IMG/VR virus record: IMGVR_UViG_3300012928_003129
Location: 12,182-76,181 of that record
Length of the DNA stretch: 64,000 nucleotides
Direction: 5' to 3' (one strand)
Source of the DNA: a virus
The position numbers and the translations under genes are program-made. Below, in pieces: positions 48,337-60,900 of this stretch (within the stretch, counting starts at the first letter, position 1; every line of letters starts with the position of its first letter). Below the pieces are notes generated by a model, which had not been told where the DNA came from, made no database searches, and worked only from the letters and a program-made list of their open reading frames with translations.

Positions 48337-50142
48337 ATGCCAAAAAAAATTGTACCAATTGACTATACGAGCACAGATTTCGAAAAAATAAAAAGAGATC
48401 TCGTAAATTATGCTAAAAAATATTATCCAAATACCTATAAAGATTTCAATGAAGCATCTTTTGGTTCATTGATGACAGATCTTGTAGCTTACGTTGGTGA
48501 TAATTTATCTTTTTATTTAGATTATAATGCCAACGAGTCGTTTTTAAACACAAGTTTGGAATATGATAATGTCTTAAATCACGCAAATCAACTTGGTTAC
48601 AAGCATAGTCCATTTAAGTCTTCTGTTGGAGAAGTGGAAATTTTTATACCAATCCCTGCAAGTGACTCAAACGTCGCACCAGATCTAAGATATATGCCTC
48701 GTATAGCTAGGGGCACGTCTTTCTCAACGGCCGCGGGGAATGTTTTTACTTTAATAGATGATATAGAACTTTATAATGTCAACCCAGAAATTGTTGCAGA
48801 TCAGGTTTCTGCAGATGGCTCAAGAGTAGTTTATTATGCAGTTAAGACTACGGGAAGAGTCGCTTCGGGCGAGGAGTCGCAAACGGTTGTAGAGGTTGGT
48901 GATTATAAGAGGTTTCTTAAAATACCAGTTCCCGGAACAAATATAACAGAAATTGTATCAATTTTAGATTCAGAAGGGAATGAGTATTTTGAGGTTGATT
49001 ATTTAAGTCAAAATACTATCTATAGACCAACGCTATCTCGCACCCAAACTGATGGCACCATCGATCCGGCTGCAGCATCTATCATGAAGCCAATCCAGGT
49101 TCCAAGGCGTTTTATAGTTGAAAGAACAGTTGATCAGGTTTATGTGATATTTGGATATGGATCGGAAGAAGAAATAAAAGATAATGTAGTTGCAGATCCA
49201 TCAGATGTGGTACTGGATATAGCCGGCAAGAATTACGTTTCTAATGCAAATTTTGATCCGTCTAAGTTGCTATCAACAGATAAATTTGGAGTAACACCTG
49301 TAAATACGAATTTGACAATAACTTATAGAACAAATACATTAGATAATGTCAATGCTGCGGCAGGTACGATAACTAAAGTTTTATCACCAAAGATAGAATT
49401 TAGGGATGTGCAAGATCTAGAAACCGGAAAAATCAACTACATATATACAAATCTTGAAGTTAACAATCCTACGCCAATTAATGGAGATATAACAAGCCCA
49501 ACAACAGAAGAGATAAAACGCAGAGCAACAGCGACTTTCGCAATGCAAGGAAGAGCGGTCACACTTCAAGACTATGTTTCAGCTGTGTATGCAATGCCGT
49601 CTAATTTCGGGGCTATAAAACGAGCAGCAATCTATAGAGATGACGACGACTATAGAAGAAACATGAACCTGTATTTAATAGGAGAAGATAACCAGGGAAA
49701 ACTTCAGCACTGCAGTTCTGTACTTAAAGAAAATCTTAAGACTTGGTTAAATTCCGTAAGAATGGTTAATGATAGTTTGGATATGTTCGATGCGACAATC
49801 ATAAATATAGGCATTGAATTTACTGCATTGTGTCCTAGAGACGTCAACAAAAACGCGGTGTTTAATCGGGCAAAAGAAGAGATATATCGAAAAATAAATG
49901 AAGTAAAACCAGAAATTGGAGAGCCATTTAGTATTACAGAAATATTTAAAATCCTGAAGGGTGTCCCTGAGATACTAGATGTTTCTGATGTTGTGATAAC
50001 TTCAAAAAGCTCTTCTTCCCACTCGTCGTATGGGCACAATATTTTGGCGAATAAGTCAATTGACGGTCGTATGATCCACATTCCAAAAGATAGTATTTGG
50101 GAATTAAAGTATAAAAACGATATCACAGGAACAATTATATAA
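48337..50142 (+). CDS. baseplate wedge subunit, T4 gp6/J-like
   Basis: YTSTDFEKIK, LSFYLD..NESFL, FG.G, RAVTLQDY. Confidence 0.88.
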   Translation: MPKKIVPIDYTSTDFEKIKRDLVNYAKKYYPNTYKDFNEASFGSLMTDLVAYVGDNLSFYLDYNANESFLNTSLEYDNVLNHANQLGYKHSPFKSSVGEVEIFIPIPASDSNVAPDLRYMPRIARGTSFSTAAGNVFTLIDDIELYNVNPEIVADQVSADGSRVVYYAVKTTGRVASGEESQTVVEVGDYKRFLKIPVPGTNITEIVSILDSEGNEYFEVDYLSQNTIYRPTLSRTQTDGTIDPAAASIMKPIQVPRRFIVERTVDQVYVIFGYGSEEEIKDNVVADPSDVVLDIAGKNYVSNANFDPSKLLSTDKFGVTPVNTNLTITYRTNTLDNVNAAAGTITKVLSPKIEFRDVQDLETGKINYIYTNLEVNNPTPINGDITSPTTEEIKRRATATFAMQGRAVTLQDYVSAVYAMPSNFGAIKRAAIYRDDDDYRRNMNLYLIGEDNQGKLQHCSSVLKENLKTWLNSVRMVNDSLDMFDATIINIGIEFTALCPRDVNKNAVFNRAKEEIYRKINEVKPEIGEPFSITEIFKILKGVPEILDVSDVVITSKSSSSHSSYGHNILANKSIDGRMIHIPKDSIWELKYKNDITGTII

Positions 50143-51974
50143 TGTCGATAAAAAGAATAGTAGCAACAAAAGATAATACCATCTCAACAGCATTCAAGTC
50201 AAATCTTAATAATCGTGCGTCTGGCGCCAACATGGGCGCATCTGATATTTTAGAGATATTTTCTATATATGGCCACGCTAGTACTGGCTCTCTCGAGCGC
50301 GCCAGAATTTTGACGCAATTTGCTGTAGGTGAAATTCAGACTTTAAGAAACGCATCAGAGATTCCAGCTTCGGGATCAGTCTCTTTTATATTGAAGTTGT
50401 TCAACGCAGAGCATGGACAAACTACTCCATCTGGCTATACAATTAGCGCTGCCCCTTTGGTTCGGGCATGGAACGAAGGAGAAGGGTTAGATATGGAGAG
50501 TTATCTTGATAAGGGCCCAAGTAACTGGTTTTCGGCAAGTACAGGAACACCTTGGTACAATTATGGAGGTGATTATGCATCTTCGAATTATATACATACA
50601 TCACCAGTCCCTTTGCATTATGATAAATTATTAGATTCCGGATTAGAGGATTTTGAAGTCAATATTACCCCTTTGGTTGAAGAGTGGTTGAAGCTCGAAG
50701 CAGGAACTATGGTTAATGCTACTGCATCAATTACATTAGCTAGTAACCCCCCGCAATCGGAGATAATAAATCTTTATACATATGATGGTCAAAATCATAA
50801 TATTATAATCTCAACCGCGTCGGCCACTATTTCAACTAATCACTACGTTGAGCAGGGTACTACAAAAGAAGATACACTTGCCAATATAAAAACTCAATTA
50901 GATAACAATTTATCACTAAAATTATCGTCATCAGTGAGTGCTAATACTATTAATTTTTCACACGTAGCCGGAGGGTTTTATGGAAACAGTATTATATCCG
51001 CCAGTTTTGGTGATTCTGTGGGCACATTTACAAACTTTGGTGGCGGCCAAGGTGCTATAAACTATGGACTAGTGGTCAAATTGTCTGGCTCATATGAGTC
51101 TGGAGCAACTGGAAAAAGTTATTACACTAAGAAATTTTTTGCTAGGTCATCTCACCACTACTTTGAAAAGCCAATTATAGAAATTCAATGGGATGACTCT
51201 ATAAAAGACGACAGATCCAGCACATATAGGTCGTCTAGTTTGGCTACTGCAGAAGAAAATTTAAACAATATCTATCTTTATAACAGGAGAAGAACCGGGT
51301 ATGTGGACATACCAAATACAGGGTCTCATTTGTTGGTTAAGTTGGTACCTTCTCCCGGGCAAGAAAGAGAGCCAGTTACAGGGCCTAGTGTTGAGAACAA
51401 TTATATAACAGCAAGTAGACATTCGAAAGGCATATACAAAGCGACCTTTTCTTACTCGGGAAGCCAGGAAACATTATATGATGTTTGGCAAAAGCATGAC
51501 TCAGCTTCAGGAGCAAACACGGAATTGTTTACAGGTTCCGCCATATCTGTTAAGGACGATTTGTCTTATTCTTATTATGAAATTCCTAACTATGTAGTGA
51601 ACATAACAAATCTTAAGCCCACTTATCACCCAAGTGAAGTGGGTACATTTAGAGTTCATACTAGGGACAAAAATTGGAAACCAAACATTTATACGGTTGC
51701 TACAAGTGAAGCACCGGTAAATACGATTAGAGACGCATACTACAAGGTTTCAAGACCAGTGGATAATACAACTGTGATTGACTACTCTACTGGCAGTTCT
51801 CCAAGTTATTCTTCTTTATCTTATGACTTAAAGGGTTCTTACTTCGATTTAGACATGTCAATTCTAGAACCAAACTATTTATATGAGATAAGTTTTTTAT
51901 ATAAAGATGGTACAGATTATGTTGAACAAAAAGAAAAATTCAAATTTAGAGTGGACCCTAAAAAACTTGATTAA
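50142..51974 (+). CDS. Ser/Thr-rich virion structural protein (DNRLRE-like beta domain)
   Basis: KDNTI, WNEGEG..NW..W..GGD, NITPLVEEW, NYGLVVK, P.IEIQWDD; baseplate context. Confidence 0.7.
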   Translation: MSIKRIVATKDNTISTAFKSNLNNRASGANMGASDILEIFSIYGHASTGSLERARILTQFAVGEIQTLRNASEIPASGSVSFILKLFNAEHGQTTPSGYTISAAPLVRAWNEGEGLDMESYLDKGPSNWFSASTGTPWYNYGGDYASSNYIHTSPVPLHYDKLLDSGLEDFEVNITPLVEEWLKLEAGTMVNATASITLASNPPQSEIINLYTYDGQNHNIIISTASATISTNHYVEQGTTKEDTLANIKTQLDNNLSLKLSSSVSANTINFSHVAGGFYGNSIISASFGDSVGTFTNFGGGQGAINYGLVVKLSGSYESGATGKSYYTKKFFARSSHHYFEKPIIEIQWDDSIKDDRSSTYRSSSLATAEENLNNIYLYNRRRTGYVDIPNTGSHLLVKLVPSPGQEREPVTGPSVENNYITASRHSKGIYKATFSYSGSQETLYDVWQKHDSASGANTELFTGSAISVKDDLSYSYYEIPNYVVNITNLKPTYHPSEVGTFRVHTRDKNWKPNIYTVATSEAPVNTIRDAYYKVSRPVDNTTVIDYSTGSSPSYSSLSYDLKGSYFDLDMSILEPNYLYEISFLYKDGTDYVEQKEKFKFRVDPKKLD

Positions 51975-51994
51975 TAAAATAAGGAGTTATTAAG

Positions 51995-54900
51995 ATGCCC
52001 GGGCATTACAATCATGGCGACAAAGTAAACGTCAAGATACTTGGAAAATATACAAATAAAAACTTTCTCAGCGAAGCAGAGTCGGAAAGATTAGTAAATG
52101 CTTACATAAAACTTAAATCCAGATACATCCCAGAAATTGACTACAGAAAGCCAGAAACTTTTTCTTATTTTGGTTCTGCAAAAAAATATTATGAAGACAC
52201 CATAAAGGGTATATATGAGTCTTATCCATATGATGGCTCAAAGGCGGAAAAGGTAGAGTGGTCCTTATCCGCTTCATATTTAGATTTATATTTTATAGAA
52301 CACGAATATCCAAAGGCTAAAGGTCACATTACATTTGATAGGACTGGTGATACAATAAGTCAGCACAGTACTTTTCCTACTACAGATAATCCTCAATATA
52401 TAGAATTCACTGGTGGGCCACATATAGGAACAGTGTACGATGCCAATAACAACCGAGAAAGCAATCTAAAAATTGATGGGTCAAAAGGAAATACAATTGA
52501 GTTTTGGCTCAAGAAAGATGTTTCAAGCTTCTATTCAACAGCTATAAGAAACGAGGTCATATTTGAGTCAACAACTGCTGATTTCGGTATCAATGATCAT
52601 CAATACGGTAAAATAGCTGTTTACCTTGAATCAACTAACTCATCCACAGAGTCACCAATTTCGTTTGTATATCAATCCGGCACCAACGCAGCCGGCACAA
52701 AGGTATCGGCTAGAATAGGCTCTTCGGACATTACAAAGGATTCTGTAGGTGACAATCAGTGGCACCATTATGCAATAACAATATTATCAGATGACACCTC
52801 CACAGTAACAAAACTTTATGTAGACGGTGAACTTGACAGTACCAGGGTTGATTCTATTGTTGTAGGTCCAGTTGACCGACCCTTTGTTGGGTCAATTGGA
52901 GGTAGTGTAGAGGTCACACCAAAAGGTTCTGGAAAACTATCAGGCTCTCTTGATGAAATTAGGTTTTGGAAAGAAGCAAGAACAGAAAAAGAAATAGGAA
53001 GATTTTGGTATAGTCCGGTCCATGGAGGTACAGACAAAGATCACACCAATGCAAACTTGGGTTTGTATTACAAGTTCAACGAGGGTATTACGGGAATAGG
53101 GTCACACGATAAGGTAGTTTTAGATTATTCAGGCAGAATTGGCAATGGTGAGATTGTAGGCTGGGACAGTGACATGAGATCATCCATCAGCGCTATTGAT
53201 CAAAGTATAAATTTACCAGATTCAAGCTTTAAAGAAGTTGGGGACCCAATTATAAATCCATCGAATGTTTTAATTAAAGACGTTCTTGAACAATATCGCA
53301 AAATTGGTGAAGGTCACGATAGAAACAACATGGCTTCATTGGCAAACAGTGTTCCTAATTTTTTACATGATTTGGATAAAGAAGGTTTGTACGCAGATTT
53401 ATTACAGATCATGGCTTCAAGCTTTGATGATATTTTCTTAAAAGTAAAAAATTTGCCAAAGATTAGAGATTTTGCATATCATGAATTTTTCAAAGAGTCT
53501 GGCCAATATACAAATTCTCTTAGAAATAATTTTATTTTAGGATGTGATGATAATTATTTGTTTCAATTCACCGGTAACCATACAAAACCTTGGGTTGATC
53601 ATATACTAAGGCACTTTGGCCTTGTCACTACAGAGATATTTCCAGATGCATCGCTGTTTGAGATGTTTTATGAAAGGTCAGAAAAAACAAAGTTTGAGCA
53701 TGATTTAACAGAAGTTAGAAACACTATACTGTCTAATATTCACAAAAGTCTCGTGCACATATTTAAAACAAAGGGAACAGAACAATCTTTTAGAAACCTT
53801 ATAAGATGTTTCGGTATAGATCAAGAGTTGGTACGTCTTAACGCTTACGGTAAAAATGAAAATTTTCCAATTGAAATTAAGCCTGTTTATGCAACCGCAA
53901 AAAGAAAAACAATTAGCTTTGAAGGGACAAATTATCAAGGTACAGTACATCATACCTCTTCAGCGTCTGATGAAATAAGCTATATAGCATCCGAACCCAG
54001 TAAGAAGCCAATGTCTGTAACGAGTAATTTCTACTTTACGAAGCGGTCATCATTAAATCAAAGCGAAACAAATAGAGTTTCACTATTTGGAATGCATTCT
54101 GTATTAGGTTCCACTAATGAGGACGATCCACTGAAATGGCATGCAGAGGATTCAGGAAGCTTTCAGGTGTACTTCAATAAAAAGAGTAGATATTCTCCGG
54201 ATGGATATTTTGAACTTTCCTCATCAGCAGGTGTTTTTCAGGCAGTCTCTTCTTCTATAATACCTCGGGTGTATGATAATACTCACTGGGCTTTGGCTGT
54301 AAGAATAGGTAAAAAAAGTTTTGTAGACTTTAATGTAATACCTACTGGTTCATCTAATCAATATGCAATTGAACTTATCGGGTATGAGTATGAATTAGAC
54401 ACACTTAAAAATACTTTTAAACTGTCATCAAATATTTCTGGTGATGACTTTGATAAGCTTTCTAAACAGGATAAAGCCTTGTATCTTGGGTCCCATAAGA
54501 CAAACTTTAGTGGCTCACACCTAGATTCTTCTGACGTCCGCGCTTTTGGTATGTCTGCCTGGAGAGATATATTGGATGAGGATGAAATTAAAGAGTATGC
54601 GAAGAATCCAAATTTCTTTGGTCGTACTGATCCACTCAAAATATCATCTCATGATGACGGAGAGAATTTAAAAAGAGCAGAATCACTTTTATTAAGATGG
54701 CAATTCAACAATCTCACAGCATCAAACTCCTCAAATCAGATGGATATCGTAGACTTTTCAGCTCAAGCAGGCCAGTCAGCACAATCTTCTAAAAAATATC
54801 CTGGTCTAGCAATAGACATGGTTGCCGGCCCAAGTTCAATTCAGCAAGAATTTTTACCAGTGGTTGAATACAATGTTCTAGATAATCTTCACACTAGCGA

Positions 54901-57900
54901 CCGGGTCAAGATAAAGTCTCAAGAATTAGATAGGTTCGAGTCAGATAGTAGGCCAATTACATACTTTTATAATTTTGAAAAAAGTATGTACCAAGTGGTG
55001 TCCATAGAAATGATAAACATGTTTGCAAGTATAGTTGGCTATAACAATATTATAGGCGATCCTGTACATAAATATCGCTTAGATTACAAGGGACTTGAAA
55101 AACTAAGAGAAAGATTTTTCAGAAGAGTCCGGAACGACATGGATTTGGATAAGTTTGTTGAATATTACAGGTGGATAGATTACTCTTTGTCAAATTTTTT
55201 AAACCAATTAATTCCAGCCTCATCAGAATTTGGAAGTAATATAAAAAATGTAGTAGAAAGTCACGCACTCGAAAGAAACAAATACCAACATAAAATACCT
55301 ACTTTGCGTTTAAGTAATGAAGAAATCTCCGCAAACGCTGTGTCTATTGGCGAGTTTGGATTTAATTGGAAACAGCCAAATGACTTTTTTGAGAACCAAG
55401 TAGAGGCCTCTATAGATTTTGCTTCTAGTTCTTCTGTAGAAGTGTCCGATCAAGATGATCTTACACATAGTAACAGTCCAGATGCTCCCTTTGCAATATC
55501 TTTTTGGTTTAATTTACAAAACACCGGCAGCGGCGAACAGGTCTTGTTAAATAAGAGTTCCGAATATTCTGTAAAAGTGGATGATGACGACCTAGAATTT
55601 ACTCTCTTTAGTGACGCGAGTAATCACACCACTATCACTGCTGCAAATCAAATAGGTACTGACTGGACCAGCGTAATTGTGACGTATGATGGTACGCTTG
55701 ACGAAGCAACAGCTTCAGCAACGCCTAGGAAAATATACATCGACGGCGCTGTAGCATCTGCAACAACCAGCTCGGTAGGAAGCTACTCTGGCATGACAAA
55801 TACTTCAAATAGTCTTGTTATCGGCGCCGCAAATGTCAGTGGCTCAAACAGTTTCAATGGTCGCATAGCAGATATCGTTATGATTACGGGGTCAGAGCTT
55901 ACAGCTGGGCAGGCGACAGAGATATACAATGGCGGCCGCAGCTTTGACATTACAAATTTTTCCCGCTACGATGATGTTGTCGCTTGGTGGAAAATGGGTG
56001 ATGATGCAGATTTAGCAGCAGGGTCGGGATCAATAAAAGATTATGTAGGGAACCACCATGGCACTCCCAGTAGTGTAACTATATCCTCGGAAACAACTAA
56101 GGTTTATAGTCACTTTAGAGATATACCAGCTTCAGATGTTAGGTATTCTTTGTATCAGGCAATAAAAACAGATATACCAAACTCTTTGTCATCCACTCGT
56201 TGGAAATCAACACCGTTTAGGGTAATCACTGGCATGCCAAGTAATCTTACCACCGGCATAAACAAGTTAAGTCACGAACCTCTTTCCGCTTTATCAAGAA
56301 TAAACAACGGCCAAAGTGTAGTTGTGACAAAAGACGATTTAGACAGCCAAGCTCACCGTGTAGACGCGGAGCTTCCATTTACATTGACTAGTGCGTCTAA
56401 TGGAGTTGAAGGCGCAGATCTTAAGGACAATTATTTAATAACAAACAACCATTTAGACATCTCTATAACGAAAGATGTTTCATTAAAGGGTCTTTTTGCA
56501 GATACACATGTCGGCGGTATGCCACACAGAAATGTCCCTTTTGGAACATCAGATTCAGAAAGGCCTGAAGCTTATAAGCTTGATTTTGCAAGCAATCAGC
56601 TCACAATATCACAAACTCCAATCAACAAGCCAAAGTCGATGTTTTTTAGAGGAGTGTCAGCGACCCGCTTTATGAATTTTTCAAACATAAAGGATTCTTC
56701 AATTACAGGTGCTTTAGGTAACTATCAAAAAGATTACGAAATTGTAAAGACATTGGGGCGCTTATCTAGAAATAAATACCTTGTGGAGACCACTGGGTCT
56801 TGGCTCTCGCAGGATGCTGCAGCGTCTACTCATATAAGTGGAGTAGTAGATTTTGAAGTTCCCCAAAGGACAAGAGCGGAGCATGTCATAACAAATAGGT
56901 TTACTGCTCTCGGTGGTCCAGAAACAACCGCTCTGACTAGAGATAGGGAGACAGAAGAATACTCAGTCTACAATACACTAAATTACAGAAACTCAATCGT
57001 AAGAACAGCAAAAAATATTCTTAGTGCAGAACCGTCTGAAAAGTTTGGATACCGGTCTGGAAGCGCAACTCAAGGGTCTATACACAAAATAAACAGAAAT
57101 CCGCAAAGATTTATGCTTGGAACAGAGCATGCATCAAGATTTGACAATGAATTCGTACAACATCAAATACCACAATCTGACTATCAATACAGTTGGGTGA
57201 CGCAATCAGTAGATGACACAGTATACGATTTCTTGCAGAGAAACGACAACCGTCCATATGTTAGTAAATTTTCTCTTAAACACGGACAATATATTAAAGA
57301 TTTTTCTCAAGAGACAACTGGTACATTACCATCAGCTTGGTCTACAAGCAATTCTGACAAGTCTTCTATATATGCAACAGTCGAAAGCAACCAGACTATA
57401 GAAATAACAGCCTCCGCCGGAGAATTGATTGCCCCCGGAGCAAGAATGTTCTCGTCAGAAAATTTATTAATATCAGAAAATAGATTATATAGAAGGGTAG
57501 GAACGTCATACACGCTTGAGTATATTATAGACACTAGGTTTAATGTTGATGCTTTTGCAGTTAATCAATCAGAAGACCTTGTGGCATCAATAGTACACAC
57601 TGACAGTTCCTTCAATTCAGCAAGAGCAATTGATATTCACCGAAGCTCATCTGGCGGCTGGGTCTTAGAAACTAGCCTAACCGGCGCTTTCGGCAGCAGT
57701 CTAAACAGAAGCACGAAAATGGGCGGGATATTCTTCTCTGGATCTTCCGTGGTATATGGAGACTTAACAAGCGGCACTGCAGAGCGTCTTAAAGTAAATT
57801 GGTTTACATCTTCTTCTTTGGGTTGGGGATCTAGAAACCAAAGTATTATAAATTCAGGAACGGACTATTTGCAATTTGAAACAAACTGGGCTTATGACTC

Positions 57901-60900
57901 CAGCACCTCTAAGGCATTAGTGCATGGATTAAATAATATTAAAGAGATACAATATAATCATGGAACTTCGCAGTGGGAAGTGTATCGTACCCATTCAGAG
58001 AAGACAAATGCTGAAGCGGCGTTCCTTGCTTATCAAGATGGTGTTGTAGCGATTGGTTACCCAGGCACGGGTTATCGAGGACTGGGGACTTCGACACCTG
58101 TTGGGGAAGTGAATATAATTCACCCAGACTCTCAAACAAATACTATTAAAGCACCAGATCAAGACTTTATAGATGGTTTCGGTACATCAATTGATTTTAG
58201 CGGTAGTTATATGGCCATCGGCGCGCCAAACTTTGACATTACTTTTAACTCATCTGAAAGGGAGTTAGTCTCTAATGATAAAGGGGCAGCATATTTGTAT
58301 AAAATAGACTCAGACCAATCAGGATCTTCCGACTGGGCTTCGATTCAAAGAAAGATATATACTCGTGTAGAGAGCCCAAGAGATTTCTCCAAATTTGCTA
58401 CAAGTCTGGGATTTACAGGGCCGGCTCTTGCTGTTGAGACCCCTGGCGAGGCTACATTCCTCGGGTCTTTCGAGTCAGATTCCTCAACTCATGTTAACAT
58501 TTATGAGGTATCAAGTTCAGCCACGCCTGTAGATTTGGTGCTGTCAGGTCCGATTATTAGTGGAAGTTCTGGCCAGGCCGCTCTTCTATTTAAGGGGGAT
58601 AGCGTTTTTTCTAACGAAATCAATCAATTGCCATCTCAATTTGAGCAGGTAACTGGTCATAAATTTAGAATACTAGAGACATTAACAGGAATAACACCGA
58701 CTTCTTCTGAATTTTCTATTGAAATAGAAGTTATAGAAGGGAGCACCTCTTCCTCTGACTTATCAAATTCAGTGTATGGTTTAACATCTTCTCCGTCTTC
58801 AAAAGAGAAATTAGTTTTACAATATAAGGTAGGATCTGGAAAGTGGAAAACTAGCAAGATTTCTTTAGTTGGCTCTGGAACTACAGCGCAAGAAAGTCAA
58901 AAAAGTTTTAATAAACATATAACTGAGCTTATATCTAATGGAAAGATGGAAGAGGTACATGTCAGGATAATTTCTAATATTGAAAATAAGGACAGCACCC
59001 CTTGGGGTCTAGGAAAGATATCTTTGGTAAATAGCGCTGATTCATCAAAATCAGAAGAGAACTTGATAGAGCTAAGCAACTATAGAAGAGATGTCATAAA
59101 AGAAAATACAAAACAAATTGATGTTCTATATTTTACAAATGGGTTCATGTCTCAGTTATCTAATTTACAAGGATCTTCTCCATTAGGCTCCAGGCCTGGC
59201 GACCATGACTCCGGCCTACATTGGGGTAATGGAACAACAGATTATGCTAGAAGTGTTCAGCTTTGGGTAAAACAAGACGCCATCAGTATTGCGGATGGTG
59301 AAGAGAGTATAATTGCTCAACTTGCAGGTGGTACTGGGGCCAGTTATGATGCTGAGGGATTTTATCCGGGTGCTAGAGCGTGGGAACTATCAGTAGAGCA
59401 TCAATCTGGAAAAATCAAATTTATTTTTAGAATACAAGATGACTATTCTAGTATTGCCTCACGCGGAGACTATTATGAAGTAAAGACTATTTCTTCGTAT
59501 AATGTTGAAGAGTGGCACCATGTGTGTGTAACATATGATGGCAACGGCACTTCGACAACCTCGGGTTTAAAAATATATGTTGATGGCAACCCGGTAGATC
59601 TATTAACCAATAGGACAAGCACTTCTTTTCAAGCAATAAGGTTTCACGCAGATCTTAAGTTGATGCTCGGCGCTACGGATCCGGCACAGCAGTCTATGTT
59701 AAGTTTTATGGGTAAAATGAATTACCTAGCTCAGTTTAATAAAGAATTGTCACAAGCTGAAGTTCAGGAGCTGTATGAATTAAGAAATAATATATCAGAA
59801 AATTATAGCTTAGAGTTAGACCCACTTAAGATAACACAATCTAGTATAAAATCTAGTCTAGCTGCAGCATGGCCGCTGAACAAAAATAACTTACAGATAG
59901 ACTCATCAACAGGTTATTCTATATATACAGATATAGTTTCTGGATATGAACTAGTGGGAGAAACACATCAAAATAGTAATGTTACAGCATACAAGAGAAT
60001 TGCACCTTTCAGTGTGGTAGAAAATATAGAAAAAATTATAGGTTACACTCAGCCTTATGAGATAGAAAATTATAATACTTTAACAGTCAGTAACGATAAA
60101 GATTATCTTAAGAACACACTTTCGCCATATGCACATGCATCATGGGTACAACTTAGGGCTACAGAGTCACCTGTTGTTAGAAAGCAAAGGAAAGATAACA
60201 AGCTTACGATTTCGGTAAGAGGATCTCGTGTGCACCCTAAGTCAATAAATACTTACTATCATGATTTGAATTCAGAACTTGATCTGACACCTGGCATGAC
60301 TTTGGTTAATGAGTCAAGGGAAGTGGAAGTATACGATGAAGTCTTTGTGACGAAAAAATATCAACCACTTACTATCACCTTGCATACAGAGATATCAGAA
60401 AATATAATTCAAGCTCCAACTAGTTCTGCTCTCGTTGTTTCACAAGAAGATATGAGAGACCATTGGTCAGGAGAAGAAACTCTCTCTACCATTTATAATG
60501 GCGATATACCCTTAGAAGACACTCGATTGATTTCTATGAAAGTCTCGGCGCCGAATGACTTAACTATGTTTTCAAGTGAAGAGTTGAACAATAAGTTGGA
60601 AATGGATCAACACCGTCCTCACGACATATCTGATATAATCCAAGGAATCAGAAGCGTTGCAAGTTCAGAGGTTGCTGTAGTTGAAATTGGATATAAAGAA
60701 GTTATTTATCCTCGCGAAGTAAATTCTTTCACGAACCGAGCGCGCACCCGCGTAAATTTTGATTTTTACTCTTGGAGAAACCTGAGGCAAGACAGGATTA
60801 ATATACTTTCTGGTTCGAACAATTATGGAAACACGCTAGTCAATATCGGGTCAACAAAGATCTTTCCAGACATTGAGATTGACAAGTTCGATTTCTTGAG

